A stretch of 64,000 nt of DNA from assembly GCA_036172245.1 (NCBI GenBank), contig JAYWIR010000010.1, forward strand, positions 3,348,001 through 3,412,000, read 5' to 3'. The position numbers and the translations under genes are program-made. Of the stretch, positions 38,780 through 52,000 are shown in pieces. Numbering within the stretch: position 1 is the stretch's first letter; every line of letters begins with the position of its first letter. This DNA is from Raillietiella orientalis (taxonomy: Eukaryota). The notes below the pieces were generated by a model. That model was not told where the DNA came from. It searched no databases and saw only the letters and a program-made list of their open reading frames with translations.

Positions 38780-39860
38780 AAAGATTGCCAATTGCCAGCG
38801 TAAATATTCTTGGCACGGGAATCGGGGAAGAGAGAGTGATGACTCAGCCTTCGCCACAAACGAAAAGACGTCGCCTTCGATTGCAAGCAGGAAGCGGTGG
38901 TTATTTCCGGAAGGGGATGAGGCCATCTTGATACTCCTTCCATCGTAGGAGCAGCAGCAGAATTTCGATGCTACCGCTGTTCCACCGCGTGACGAACGGA
39001 GACTGCAGCTCGGATACAGCACGGAACCGCCAGCGGCTCGGCTGCTGAAAGTCTATACAGTCGCAGAAGCTGCCGAGTTGCCAAACTGCTGACATGGCAG
39101 GTTGCCGTCCCCTGCAGAGGATTTCTTAGTCCAGCAGCAGATGCGCTAAAGATTCGACCTGGAACACCTCGGATACGCATTCCCGAAGTCTACCAGTGGT
39201 GTCGGACTTGGAGCCTCTTCAAAGACGTTCCGACAGTTTGTCGCTTGATATTCACCGCCCCTCCTGCCCCATTTGCTTCGGGAAGGAAATCGGAACCATT
39301 CGTGCTCTTTCACGGACGCATTTGCACTTATGGAACACTACTATCAGAGCACAGATGTGCGCAGGTTGGCCGAAGACAGGAACAAGGTCGAAGAGATTCG
39401 GCAGTATGCTGTACAAGCGAAGACTGGCGTGGGACGGTCACAGCAGAAGTGAGGAAACTAGTGCGCAACTTTTACTCCTTCCTGCAGACGAAGGCACCCA
39501 TCGAGAGCAACCTCGCGGAAAAGCTGCTGCCGGAATGCGCTGCAGCCTTAAGTGAGGAGGAATGTGCGCTATGGGATAAGCCCTCCTCGATGGCAGAGAC
39601 CTCCTTCGCTGATGGAAAGAGCCAAAAAAGTACCAGGGAAAGACCAAACGCCGGCGGGCCTTTCCAGCTCGCCCCCCAGAAATCTCCCTTATGCATGAGC
39701 TGGGAATGCTGATCCGGAAGAGGGGTGAGGTGCCTGACTCCTTCCGGTCATCCAGAGTTCTCCTACCGATAGAATGGGACACATACGCACTTTCAGCAAT
39801 TAGCAATCGCTCACTTTCACAGTTCAGCAGCTCAAGCTGCTTTCCAACCTGCTGACCATG
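38780..39860 (+). mobile_element. Decayed L1/Tx1-like ORF2, 5' half (APE, linker, start of RT)
   Basis: LPIASVNILG, DVAF..QE, VSDLEP (SDH), VRNFYSFL...LSEEECALWDKP, KVPGKD, GEVPDSFR, N*QSLT....KLLSNLL. Confidence 0.65.
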
Positions 39861-39864
39861 CACC

Positions 39865-41290
39865 TGTGGCAGGCTGATAACTCCGTCATCAGTCCGGAAC
39901 CGGGAGCGCCGCTTCCAAGAGGAACACCGGGCACAAGCAATTCTTTGCTCAGACCTCGTTTCCGCTGTGGAAGCCGTTCAATAACAAGTGCCCCAGGACC
40001 ATCGAGGTCCCGAAAGGTGCAAGGCCGTCGCAGTCGCCATCCGAAAAGCGCTCGACTACGTGAGCCAGGAACTCCTGCTGACGATCCCGGAGCTCTCGAA
40101 TCTCCCGCGAATCCTTCTGCTGTACCTGCGCTCGCTTTGGTGCGGAGCTCTCAGAAATGTTGCCCGCAGCGGTCGACGCGCGTGCGGCGCGTCGGCGCGC
40201 ATGGGGATCAGGAAAGGCGACAGCTCGAGTCCATCTTCGAGTAAGTGCGCAGTGCACGCAGAAGAACCCCGGAGACGCTGCCGCTCTCGTTCTCCAGCAC
40301 GCCGACAAGTTCCTGCTCCGAGTGCCGAACAGTTCTTGGGGCCAGCGCGCACGAGCGCGAGCAGGACGGAGACGAAGACCGTTCCTGTCGGCGCGGCGTG
40401 GGCAGGTTCGGATCCGCTTGTGGTTCCTCGGTGAGCGGCACGGCGAAATACCTCGGCGCTCACTCGGGAGATTTCTGTCCCACGGAAGTCTGGTCCCGTT
40501 GCCTCCGGAAGACAGTGGAGGCGCTCGCTTCGTTCGAAAGACAAGTTTGGCTAGCCGCAACAGGTCTCCATGGGCAATTTCCTCGCTGAGAGCCTCTTCT
40601 CAGTTCCCTTCTTTCTGCTTTCATCCAGCCACACGAGGCGAAGCGCAAGACGAAGGAGCTGCGGTGCCCTGCATCCCGGAGAGCACTGCAGGGCACCGCG
40701 AGGTCGAGGGTTTCTCCCCTCAAAGACCGCGTTGCCCCAAGAACACGCGGCATCCTCACCATAGAGAAAATGGAGCTGCAGGTCCGCTCGAGAATTCCGA
40801 CCTTGATGGCCGGGAATCGGATGCCAACATTCGTGCCTGCCTGAGCGCGAGATCGCAAGGCGCGCGGTCGGTTGCGAGGGAGTCGCAGCATCTCTGATAC
40901 CCACCAACCGAGACCGCATGGATCGCCACCGAAGCAGATTCACTCCCTGTGGAATGGAGATCAGTGGATCTCCTGCTGCCCAGCAAACCACAGCGCATAA
41001 CGATAGGAGGAAGCGGGCACCTGGACGCGCGTCAGGAGTCTACCCGACGTGTCCGTGATTCCTCCCACTCGCAACCAGGAAGAGCGACTGCAGCAACCGG
41101 CCGGGAAGGCGGGCGACCTCGCGCTCCATGGCAGGAAGGGACAAACTCCTAGGCGAGTGTCCCTCGCGGCAAGTAGCCAGTGCTCGCGCAAAAAGTCTGC
41201 TCCGCCGGGTGGGATGCTTGTGAGCGTTCCCGTGCTGCTCCTCAGGTGGCGTAACGCGGCTCTTCCCTTCGTGCTCTGGAGCTATCCGTG
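39865..41290 (+). mobile_element. Decayed R2-like RLE non-LTR (RT to RLE)
   Basis: AVAIRKALDYVSQELL...LPRILLLYLRSL...MGIRKGDSSSP, QHADKFLL (ADD), KYLG, FHPA...GAAVPCI, LPDVSV, VPVLLLRWR. Confidence 0.75.
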
Positions 41291-41499
41291 CGGCTAGTGA
41301 TGGCATCGCTGGATGAGGAAAGCGTCTCCTCGAACTGCGTCACGTGCAGGGTAGTGGAAAGAATGCCTTACCTGCTTCTGGACCGGAGTGCTCTTCGGTG
41401 AGTTTGGAAGTGCCTCGGAGCTACCCTGCCTCGTCTTAAGGACACCTCCGAGGAACCTCTTGCTTCGCGCGTGACGGGCTTCCGTCTGCATTCCCCACC

Positions 41500-41900
41500 G
41501 CCATCCCGTACTGCGTCGCGAGGATCATGGCATAAGAGTGCGCGCAGGAAGGGTGGAAGGTCTCGCATGTGCAAGTATGAGGGATGTTGCGAAATCGCCT
41601 CATCTGGAAGAACGAGCCCTGATGCCGTCATCGTCCGGAGGCTGGGGAAGAAGCGGTGGGTTCAACCGGTGGTACCTCTGTCTCCCTGCAGGAAGCCTCT
41701 CGTCCGCTCCTTTCAATCCGCTTCTAGCCTGCCTGAGAGTTGAAGGTTTGTTCCTCCTTCCTCGATCCGTGGTATCATTGCAATTGCGTCCTATTTGTTT
41801 ATTTCTTTTCGTAAAATAAGGGTCCTGGCATTGCTGGATGGCAGTGGCGTCGGCGTCGTTGGTTGTATTGGAAACCCCAAGGCTAGACAAGTTTCAGAGT
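41500..41900 (-). mobile_element. Decayed R1-like LINE 3' fragment
   Basis: DRGTTG*THRFFPSL (cf. TTGRWTHRFFP). Confidence 0.35.
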
Positions 41901-42399
41901 TACCAAGAAATAGGAACACTGAGTGATAGAATCTGTAGGAGAATGACAGTGTCTACTTATTCATTCCAGGAGGATGCGAAAACTCATTGGAGCAATCTCA
42001 TCTGAGGACGCGAACACTGGTTGGCAACACGCCTTATGATCCACGCGCCGCGTAATCACACAGGCGTCTTATATTGGGCTAGTCAGGAGACTACTATCCT
42101 CGTGCTCCCAGAAAAAGTATGAAGGGTAAGCGACTAAGGAATTGACAGTGGTGCATGCCCGCTTCTTGGGGTAGGACCCCGTCGCATCTCCTGCTCAGAC
42201 ACTGTCGTTAGGCGCTGGAGCAGAAGAGCAGCTGTGGACTGGTCTGTGCGTACTCAGGTATCCACAGTCTACTGCCGCCACGTGTTGCAGTTCACTGGTC
42301 GGCATATACTTTCACAGCGGGGAAGCCACCTGTTGCAGTTTCATGAGAGCAGACGTGCGTGTATCACGGAGAAGACTGGCAGGCGAAGGATTCTGCATG

Positions 42400-44520
42400 C
42401 ATGGAGACACCGGTGTTTCCTACACTGACCGGTCATCAGTCTCTGACAGCGGAACTGCACTTCTAGCTTTCTCAGACGGAGGACTTGACTGCTTACGCAT
42501 GCCGAGTCCTCCATCGCACCTGGAACCCCCTGGTCTCGCCCACAAGAAAAAGCTACCACCTAGGTGTGATATTGACTCTTGTTCCCCCCTCCTGAGGCAG
42601 CTAGAGCACACCTTCGAGACGCGGAAGCCGCCTATGGGTACACTGAGATACCGAAAAGTGACACATGGGTATTCTCGAAAGGATCTGATCTGGCATGCCC
42701 ACCAGCGCAGCTCGAGTGGGAACTGCCGCCGACTTCATAAACTCCCACGCGTATCAGCTCGAAGAATTTCTCAAGAGATGTCACGAGGGTAGACAGGGGT
42801 AGCGGTAGGTGGTCGTCTGCGTAAGCAGATACCGGCGACTTCCAGAAGAGCGGCGGGGCCACAGTGACAGCAGGATTAAGGGCTTTCCGACATCAGTTCC
42901 TCACTGGCTCGAAGTAGGCACTGCGAAGCTCAGGCTTTCTTCCTATCGGATCTCCCGCCGCAAGGAATAGCGCACACGTGAGGACCTCTCAAACGGACAT
43001 TAATAAGCACATCGCGCCACACGGAGCTCCACAAAACCAACAGGAGCTCCGAAAGGAACTCTTGCCTCAGAAAAATGAAGGATTTAGTCAGCCAGACCAG
43101 TGCTACTGCTAGAGCTTTCGGGAGACTCCGGCTGTTGGTTTGTCTCCTTGCACGAGCCGAACTGGGCATTGAAAGGACCTCAGCGATTGAGAGCAGCGCG
43201 ATGTCTCACCCTGAATTAGTTCTGAGCGTTTGTAGAAAAAATTGGTTCCCAAGCTCCACCTGGGAACAGCATGCGTCTGTTCCAGGCTAATCGCGGAGTT
43301 ACTCACCTTCTTCAGACACGAACTCCGCAGTTCAGCAAGCAACTTGGTGAAGTTGCGACCTTGAGACCAGTTGCTTAGGCTGCACATGACGATCAGAGAC
43401 GTACTCTCGCCGATCGGAAGGGGGCAGGCGCATCATCAGTCATCCTGACCAACTTTGTCAGCTGATGCACCAGGAAACTTAGCTTCTCCGAGAAGCATTG
43501 GCACAGCCCCTATAGCAGGTTATTACCTCCTGATGCTGCCCGTTTCCTGAGATTTTCCATGTCAGCAAGAATTCCTGCCCCTGCGGAAGGCTCGCTAAGA
43601 CTTGGCGCGTCGCTCCTCCTGTAGAGCGGGGATGCCTTCGATCAGCAACTGCTGAGCGAAGACAGACTCCACAGGTTCGTGCGCATACAAGGAGGAGTGG
43701 AACGCTCGTATCCGGCAGCGTACATCATCTGAGGCCGGAGCTTCTGGTCTTGCTTGCTCAGGAGGTATGAGGCCTCGGATTACAAGATCTTCCCCTCGTG
43801 AGTGGAAGGCTTCTGGCAAGGCTCTTCGATCTTCGGGTTCGCATCTCCGATCTGGTGTCCTAACACAGGAGCTTTCAGAAGGCACTCTTGAAGCTGCCTC
43901 AATCTCGGGTTCCTGTCGATGCGGTAAACAGGTTGGGTGTTTCCCTTCCATATGGAGAAACTATGCAACAACTAGAGGAAGATCTCCTTCTCTTTGAAGA
44001 GTCTCAACCAGCCTCCCGGTAGCCTTAGGACATTCACAGATGTTCCCTTACCAAGTGGTGCTAGCTCCACCTCGATCCTGAAATGATTGGATTGAATCAA
44101 CTGTTGTCTGTCTCTACGTCCGATCCGTGAGCATAGATAGTCGTCCAGTCAGACGTTAAGAATGGAACTCCTCAACCAAAGTTTGTAGGCCAAGTTTTTA
44201 GCGTTCACTGAAGCCCACAACTCGTTAACCTTTGCCTGTTGAATATTAGGCGGATGCTAACATTGCCTGTCATCAAATGCATCAGAATGAGGGTCCAGAT
44301 CTAGTGATCCACTGCATACGGAACATATCGATCAATACGTGCAGGAGCTTCCTGGAGCTTAAACATGTATAATGACCAGAGTTGAGCACTTGACAACAGT
44401 CTGGCAGTCTGACTGTCCCTATCGAAACGAATAATCAAGATCTTACCCGTGGTTTGGATTTCACTAGAAATGCAAGTCCGCAGAGTGTGGGAGACGAACT
44501 GGACCTATCGTTTTGGGTGA
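42400..44520 (-). mobile_element. Decayed L1/Tx1-like ORF2 (may extend to ~45900 with ORF1)
   Basis: GLAFLV, ARIDR, IRAFHSSLYAHEPV, SLSN..FTKLLA...ISLEQTHAVP, TKSFIFLRQEFL, VSAYADD, FRYLSVPIG, FLW..DGGLG. Confidence 0.7.
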
Positions 44521-46596
44521 AACTTGTTACGTTAGTTTAGGTTAGGCGATGAGACTTGCTCCCCTCAAGTAAGTCTTCAGCGTTCGCGCAAATCAAAATC
44601 AGATGCACCCTTGATCTGCTTTGCTTTCAGACCCGCTTGGTATGATGGCCTCATTTTTCTCCTAGGAGGTGAGCTTGACAACTTTTACGGAGTTTACAAG
44701 TTCTGTGTGAGATTTCTGGAACTCGGTCATATGAAACACAATCCAGGACTGCTGCAGAATGTTGTTCGGACAACCGCATCATTTCGACTCGATCTCTAAA
44801 TGCTCATGAAAACAAACAGTAGAAGCTCAGTGGTCCGAATCAGTAGATCTCACCTCAGACGGAGATGCCGAAGGAGAGTATTTTTCTATTGCTGAAAATG
44901 GAATCCCCATCTCTCGAAGGGGAGTTGAACAAGAAATACAGCCGACAGTCTTGGAACCATTTATGACTTTGATTCACATCCCTCTATGTACAAGAGCGTG
45001 CTTACTGCAGGATGCAACACGATGGTGGCCGCAAAATTCTCCATCATTTCCGCAACCTATCTGCTCTCTCCGTCTCAACTGGGACGAAGCCGTGGATCTC
45101 TGGAGTCGCTTCATCGCAGCCGGTGGCTCAACCGATGCTTCCAGAGTATGCCTCCAGATTTTTTTCATTATTCTTAAGCTATGGAGGAACATACAAACAC
45201 TCCCAGGAGTTTTACTCATTGCCGGGGAGGAAGGGGTTGAACTTCCGCAATTTTTGCTGGCTTCTGAGCGCGTTTTGACGCTATTTTGTGACGCATCGTG
45301 ATCAAAAGCAATACCGACGGTGAGCCCTTTGATATCTTACAGTAGGTTAGGTTTGTGCTGGATGCTTTCGGAGACTGACTGCTCCTTTGGCTGGTCATCT
45401 CGTCTTCCTGAGTTCATCAGTTCATTCAGGATCCTTCCCACGAGCCGAACGGTGCTATCATAAGAAAGGTCACCGAGGTGGTCACTCGCTCTCTTTGTCT
45501 GATGTTTGAGAGCATCATTTCTTTCCGGATACACTCCACCTGCCATCTGGGAAACTTCAGTTTCCTTTATCGTTCTCCAGCGTCCCATGACCCCAAGAAT
45601 CCAACAGAGATTGCTTGCGCCCACGCAGGTACTCGTCTCAAGGCGAATGATGGAAACGGTCTCTTCCCTCTGCCTTGCCTCTTCTAGGGCCACCATCGAG
45701 AGCTCTTGAGAGCTGAGGCGTCTGTACTCTCACTAGTCCCTCAACAGAGGGAGCCAAGTCCGGTAAAGCTTGGATTCCGCTCCAGGAATAGGGTGACCAA
45801 AGATCACCAGTTATCAATGTTCCTGCATAAACCCTGTTCATCTGGACTAGAGGTTCTCCTTGCCTCACGGTGATCAGACCTCAGATTCTGGAGCAGGGAC
45901 GGAGGTGGAGCTTGAGGAACACACTTCATACTGCACACCTTTTGGCGCATACCATCCATATCACTCGATTGCTCACGCTGGCAGTATATTCATCTTCCTT
46001 ACAAGAGGTCAATCCGTAATTTCCGAGTCTTAAGCACCCTTCTCGGAAGAGAATACATCCTGGAGCACCGATGCTACTCAGCTCAGGGGTACGGTTGCAC
46101 CTTGATGAGGGTTTCATCCCTAGAAGGGAAACCGTGCCTCCTCCTGTAGGATCATGCTCAGGGGAAAGTCGACTTTCCTCCTCTTGAGGCAGTCAAACCC
46201 TCGGTTCCTGAGCGGTGATCCTCGGTTTTCTCTGGTTAAACGGGCTCATTTCCTCCGTTGCACAGATTTTCGCGCTCGCTGTCCACGCATCCTTTACTTC
46301 GGAGTTGGGCTTGTCGGAAACTTCCCATCAGTTGTTCCGGAAATGAATCCTCCCAGTTCCCCTCTTCCTTCTGTGGCGCCTGTAATCTGTTTTCTTTACC
46401 GTGCAGGCAGTGCACGAATTCTCTCTAAAGAATGGTGGAGCATTGCCAGGTGCTGCATCGTGTGAGGTACGCGCGCCTGATTAAATGGGCACGCAGAAAG
46501 AGCAGGAGGGTTTGTCGACTCTCAAGTCGGGTGGTGTGAAGGCTGCAAAGAAGTTCGGTGAAGATCAAAAGAACTTGGTATAGGAAGACTAATAAA

Positions 46597-46835
46597 AAAC
46601 GGAAGGGAAAGCGTTCTCCACATTTGCAAAGGGTTGGGATGTGCACCCGGATACGGTCATCTTTAGCCAGGCCATGAACAGCTTAGTGGGCGACATTTTC
46701 GATCTCATTGTGGCCGAGTCAGCCCGTCTCTCTTCTTATAGCAATCTCACTACCATGACCGGCAGATAGGTACAGAGGGCGGTGCGTCTGCTACTGACAG
46801 GAAAACTGGCCAAGTCTACTGCTTCGGAAGGCACT
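46597..46835 (+). pseudogene. H2B: Histone H2B pseudogene fragment
   Basis: From 46641: [64 protein letters not shown], versus canonical [68 protein letters not shown]. Three-codon deletion, internal stop, frameshifted KRKES region upstream, C-terminus missing. Confidence 0.88.
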
Positions 46836-47125
46836 TCAGAGAAATTGGAAAGCGTCCTTCCGGAGTTTTCTCTTCAGAGTAGGAAACAAGGAGTGATTCC
46901 CGTGAAGGTTCCCTCCGGAGAAGAAAAGGGAAGTGGTCTTTTTCAAGGGTGTTTCCGGAGAGAATAAGGAAGAGGTAGTTCTTTTCGGGGTTCCTTCGGA
47001 GAGAACAAGGACGAGGGTTCCTTTACAGGCTCCCTCTTAAACGTAAAAAAGTACCTCTTCCTCTGAAGCCTTTTTGGATTTATAGGGTGGTCTCTCCGAA
47101 GTTGTCCTTTAACTTGAAGAGTTAC
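46834..47125 (+). repeat. LTR-like interspersed repeat, copy 3 (internal fragment with ~40-bp subrepeats)
   Basis: Aligns to ~18237-18494 (CTTCRGAGAAATT..AAGCGTCCTT to TAGGGTGGT..AACTTGAAGAGTTAC). Confidence 0.8.
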
Positions 47126-49499
47126 GCGCACCCCTGGATGCGTGGACAGTATTAAAGAGCTCTGTGGATAGCCCCCAAGGAAAACAATGGTTCTTGAGCA
47201 CTCAGAGAACCAAAAACAAAAGAAAAAAAACTTTGGAATGAAAGCAGCGAAAACAGAAGAACCCAGAAGGATTTCCTTCATCCAAGATGCTCCCCCTGGA
47301 GTGACAGGAGTTGGTGTTGATAATGTTGCATGAGGGAATCCTATGCAAAGCGCTCCCTCACTACTGGACACGGTTCCTTCCCACACCTGGGAAGGAGGCC
47401 CTCCCGCATCTGCTGGTGGGTTGTGCTGCCCTCTCATCCCTTTGAGATAGTCTCGCGACGATCTCAGGTATCCCGGTGGACAGCTTCAGGGACATTTTTA
47501 GGTGCCTCTTGAGAGTACCGCACTGCCGCCAGCAGCGTCCCTCGCAGTCCTCTGCTGTGTTTGCAGGATCACACCGGAAGAAGAGGCTGGAATTGCAGGG
47601 ACGCCATCCACCGGGCGTGGATCTTTCTGAAGACCTCTATGAGATTTCCCCACCTGGGCGAGACACGGACAAAACTTGCCAGCATCCTGAACAGGATGCA
47701 GAGGACTCTCGGCAGCGTACTGTGATCCCTTTCTTGGTCCCCTCCCCCCTTCCCGTAAATAATTTCCTCTCTCCCGTTTTTGTGTGTTTCTTTTTTTTGT
47801 TTCCCTTTCCTCCCTACTGCCGAAGTGGACCTCGCCGGTTTGCGTACCGCTCTTCGTCAGGTTCATTGCAGGTGGTAGAGCCAAGGGTTCTTCCACACAG
47901 ATGTATTTTTATTGCTTTACTTAAGAAATGCCCTGGCATAACTGAGTGATAAACATCCAAAACGCAGACCAAGTAAGCAGACTCGAAGGGGGAGCCGTGA
48001 AGCTGCTGTTGCTCTATCAACACGCACCATGTGACATTCGTCGCATCAGCCTGACGACAAGCTAAGAGGGTCAGCTAGGGAAACAGTCACCTGGATGGGT
48101 AGCTCGCCCCAAGTGGACGGTGGCCATTTCCTTCAAGTGAAAGACGGCGCTGGACACACGGGAATGCCGCAGCCTTGAACCTGTCCACAAGAAAGGGGGT
48201 TGCCTCTGGATCCAAGGAGGCTCTTCAAGGAACGGAAATCATTAGTCTTCGAGGACAGAGGGAGGCAACGGTGAAATCTCTGCGTTCCACAAAACGCATT
48301 CGAGTGCTAGGGACGAGAAGCTAGAGATCCAGATGGAGTGTACGCCGGTCAGTCTTTTCCATTCATTTCAACAGGAAAAAAAAAAAACAAGGAAAGGAAG
48401 AGAGCCATGGCGTTTTGCTCCTGACCCTTTGCTTGAATTTCGTCATAGTTGGCAACCGCCGCCTATGCACTTGCGGCTCATTTCAAAGTCGTTTCCTCAG
48501 TCTACTCGATGTTTGTTCCAAAATCGACATCCTGATGCTGGAGATGACCTTGTTTCCACGCAGGAGAAACCGGAAAACGGCCGTATAAATGAGAAGTGAC
48601 CTTGAGAATTTTGCTTTTGTGTTTGAGATGTCTAAAACTTTCCGAATCTTCCTGTGCTAGCAACCAACAGATCGATAGGACAGCGGGGAACACTCCGTGG
48701 TGAATCTCGTCCTGACCTTCCACCGCGATGCTGCAAACGCAAGGCAACACCACATCCACGTCGGCCGTGCATGGTCCGTGAGGGAGAAATACACACGTCA
48801 TCAAGTCAAACAGGAAGTCGGTCGGGTGCGGGAGGGACGGGGACAGACTTCCATCCTGGAGGCAGAGCTGGAGTGAGAGAATGGCAAGGAGCTATCCAAG
48901 CAGACGTGAGAGGGAATCACCGATTATTCTTCAGGGACCCCCAAAGGTTTGAGCATCCCTCTATTTCGCGGAGTTCACACATTTGTTGTGGTCTCGTCTG
49001 CCAGCTGATCTGCCATCCATCTGCCAAAAAGCTTGGTCTCCTTTACCCCTTCCACAGGGCATCTCGTATCAAACTGCGGAGATTCGGTGTCATATTTCGG
49101 TCTCCACTATAGAGGAGCATTTTGTCAATACGTTTGAAGCCATAGTTTAGATGAACCCACTCGTTTCTTTGGAGTATAGGAATACTGGAAAAAAAAGGGG
49201 GGGGGGGGTTTCATTCCTCTCACTCTGTCTAAGACTGAAGTGGTAGCCAGAGTCCTGTAAGAAACGGAAAACCCTTGCCTTCCCTTCCCTTGGGTGTGAA
49301 AGCATCACATGCGCAAGAAGCTTTGTAGATTCAGTCGCGGAGCTGCAAACAATCATCTTGAGCGTATGTCTGGAGACCAACATACCTGGAAGATGGGAAC
49401 AGTCGTCGAAAGCATGTTCCTAAATCATCTCCTCGGAGTCTGGAGTATCCTGTAACTACTGGAGAATGCATGCACTGATTATATGAGAAATGCCCTTCC

Positions 49500-50700
49500 C
49501 GCAGGTTTCTGGAATGGCATGTGGATGGCGAAAGTATTTCTCCACATCATGAGGGCTTCATTCCTTTCGAAGAGACGCTCCAGCAACACTTCATTCAACT
49601 TCATCCTTCAAAACGTATTCGAAGAGAAGGTCGAAGATTATCTGCTGAACTTTCACCGATTCCTTCGGCTCAGTCTCCCGTAACTTTTACACGGTTACTT
49701 GAAGAAAGGGGTGAGACTCTTCTTATCTTTAATCCAGGACATCGATTATGGGGCATATTCTAGAATCCAATCGACGATGGATTTTCAAATACTAAAGGGA
49801 GTAGGGCAGGGATGTTCAATAAACTTCCTGCTCTTCATTGTCACCATGAAACCCATCCTGCTTAAGCCGACCAAGTCCTTAGGAAAAAACTGCGTCCTAG
49901 TTTCTGCAGATAGCCACGTTTCCTAAAGAGAGCGTGGTTCTCTTTGGGCTGCCGGAGATTCCTAAGATGGATTCTGCTCCCTCCTGCAGATGCACCCATG
50001 TACCGGCACTCACGATTAACCCCGCAAATGTGCTTCCCTGCACTTTGCGACGGTACAACAGAGAGTCGTTAGAAATACCACATTCTCGATTAAAGAACTT
50101 CAGGTCGATGAACCTGAAGATCCCTTCTCTTCAGGTTCATCAGACCTACAAGTACTTGGAAAAACTGTTAGGCCTGAGAGAAATTTCCTACATATCCATC
50201 CATGCATCAATATGTGATATCCAAAACATTTTAGACTGACTCTCCCCATGGAAGAAAATGCATGCCGTGGGAGCCTTCGAGCTCTCGAGTCTGGTGCATT
50301 ACCAGAGGTTTGGAGTGTTCAGAAAGGCGGACTGGGTCTCCCTCAACTCCAGCATTGGGAAAAAATATCAACAGAGTATGGGTTTGCCTAGAAGGGCAGG
50401 AAACGAGATCTCAACGTGGACAAGAGGATGCACTGGTCTCGCCAACCTGCTGGAGGGATCTGAAAGATTCAATCAAACAGAGGCGTGCCGTTGACATTGT
50501 CAGATCCAGCGTTTCTTAATTCCCTACAAGTAATACTCAAGAACAAAATGCGAACCCCCTCGATGGAGGGTGATTTGGAAAGATTCGTGTCTGGATCAAT
50601 CATGTTGTCTCAGCGGTGATGTAAAGAGTCTGCGGAAGGTAGGAAGACAAGCCTTTAATCGATTAAAGGCAACCTGGATCTATGATGATGGAGAACCTAA
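49500..50700 (+). mobile_element. Decayed NeSL/Utopia-like RT + thumb
   Basis: ISPHHEGFIPFE..LQQHF, KGVGQGCSINFLLF..MKPIL, VSADS, LTINP, YKYLE, SPWKKMHAV..F, MGLPRRAGNE...GCTGL, SL..GRQAFNRLKATW. Confidence 0.8.
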
Positions 50701-50729
50701 GACCCCTGTTGTTTTAGGGGCTCGTCGCC

Positions 50730-51505
50730 CCTCAGCATGTTGCTTCCTCAGCTTTCTGTCCTCCGTCCCGCGAGAGCTGGTCAATGGGGTTCTCCGGCTG
50801 CATCTGATTGTCAGTCCTTCGTGTGACATTGGCTGCATAGATGTCTCTGGGATGCACGAAGCCACCACCGGGTGTCTCATTGTCATTAAGTTCTTTTTCG
50901 GAATTCCAAAATCCTGCAGTATTTCTCCGTTACCTGGACCACAGACTCCCAGAGAACCAACGATGAAAACATGATATCTGAATTGTTCCTCACCTCTGCT
51001 TAGCTGGAGAACTACTTCCTTGTACTTCTCCTGTTTTTTTCTCCTAGCTATGCTGATTGCCTTCTCCCCACCCTCGTATGGGCAGTAGACGTTGAGCTCT
51101 ATAAACCGGTTTCCTTTTTGCATCACTAAGCCTGGTCTTAAGCAACAATCTATTCCCGGCTCTCTCCGGTTAGTGGACACTAGGGCTTACTCTGCTGCAT
51201 CCACCGTGGCCATGCTGATCATCACTTGAATCTCATCATGTCTCGCAATGGATACACGAAAGTGCCTCCTGCGTCTGTTTAGTATATGAAACAACGTTTC
51301 GTCTTTCGTCCGGCAGTGCGGACATGCTCGTTCTTCTGGTTTCGTCCTGGACCCTAGAGCATTTAACCTTTGAAATAAGGGCGGCGCTCACAGTTGGCAT
51401 GCTCGCTCTACAGTGCAGAGATCCATCAGAAGAAAGCCATTTCATCAGGACGAGGTCATGCCTAAGTCGGTCAGCACCGTGATTCCATTCACTTGCTGTT
51501 TCAAC
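50730..51505 (-). mobile_element. 5'-truncated NeSL/Utopia-like copy (knuckle + RLE) in opposite orientation
   Basis: RLNAL..ACPHCRTKDETLFHILN....RHDEI, LRPGLVM..IELNVYCPYEGG..ARRKKQEKY, FIVGSLG, RDIYAANVT. Confidence 0.85.
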
Positions 51506-51509
51506 CAAC

Positions 51510-52000
51510 GTACGGCTTGTTGACTACCACTTCAAACACGTGGCTCGATTAAATCCAATGCCAGTACGAGCTACAGTCACTGGAAGCAGTGACAGCCGCA
51601 CCTGCAAGATGCGCACTTTGGCAGGGTGCCCTTCGGCATGTTGTCAACCATTGCACGTTCAAGTCCAAACGTATCACCCAGCGCAGCGATGAGTTGGTAA
51701 AGAAATTAAAAAGGATGACTTCAGAACCTTGCATGCTCAATGGTGTCAATCAACTGATTTACGGATAGCATCCCAGCTTGCGTCCTGACCTTGCCTTGCA
51801 ATGCTATGAGTGGGTGATTCCAACTGGACGTAGCTCGACCTGGAAAGCGTCGCGGAGGCTCTAAAATGAAGCACTGGAGTTTGGCAGCCTGCTGCTGAGG
51901 AGAACATCGTCGTAGGACCCCTCGGCGCATGGGACTCTGGAGACTAGAAGGTGCTAATGACTCGAAATCGAATGGAGGCGAGCCGAGAACTCCAGGAAGG
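51510..52000 (+). mobile_element. NeSL/Utopia-like knuckle + RLE (probable continuation of 49500-50700)
   Basis: RLVDYHFKHVARLNPMP, C(K)RC...LRHVVNHC....ITQRSDELV, NQLI...LRPDL, IVVGPLGAWD. Confidence 0.8.

Noticed and set aside
40157..40897. Overlapping 150-250 aa ORFs in several frames
   Set aside because: GC-rich, stop-poor, frameshifted R2-like relic rather than independent genes.
48640..48870. DEAD-box-like GG...DLLVASTGRF on the minus strand
   Set aside because: Isolated motif without splice support; the plus strand fits a decayed APE endonuclease about as well.
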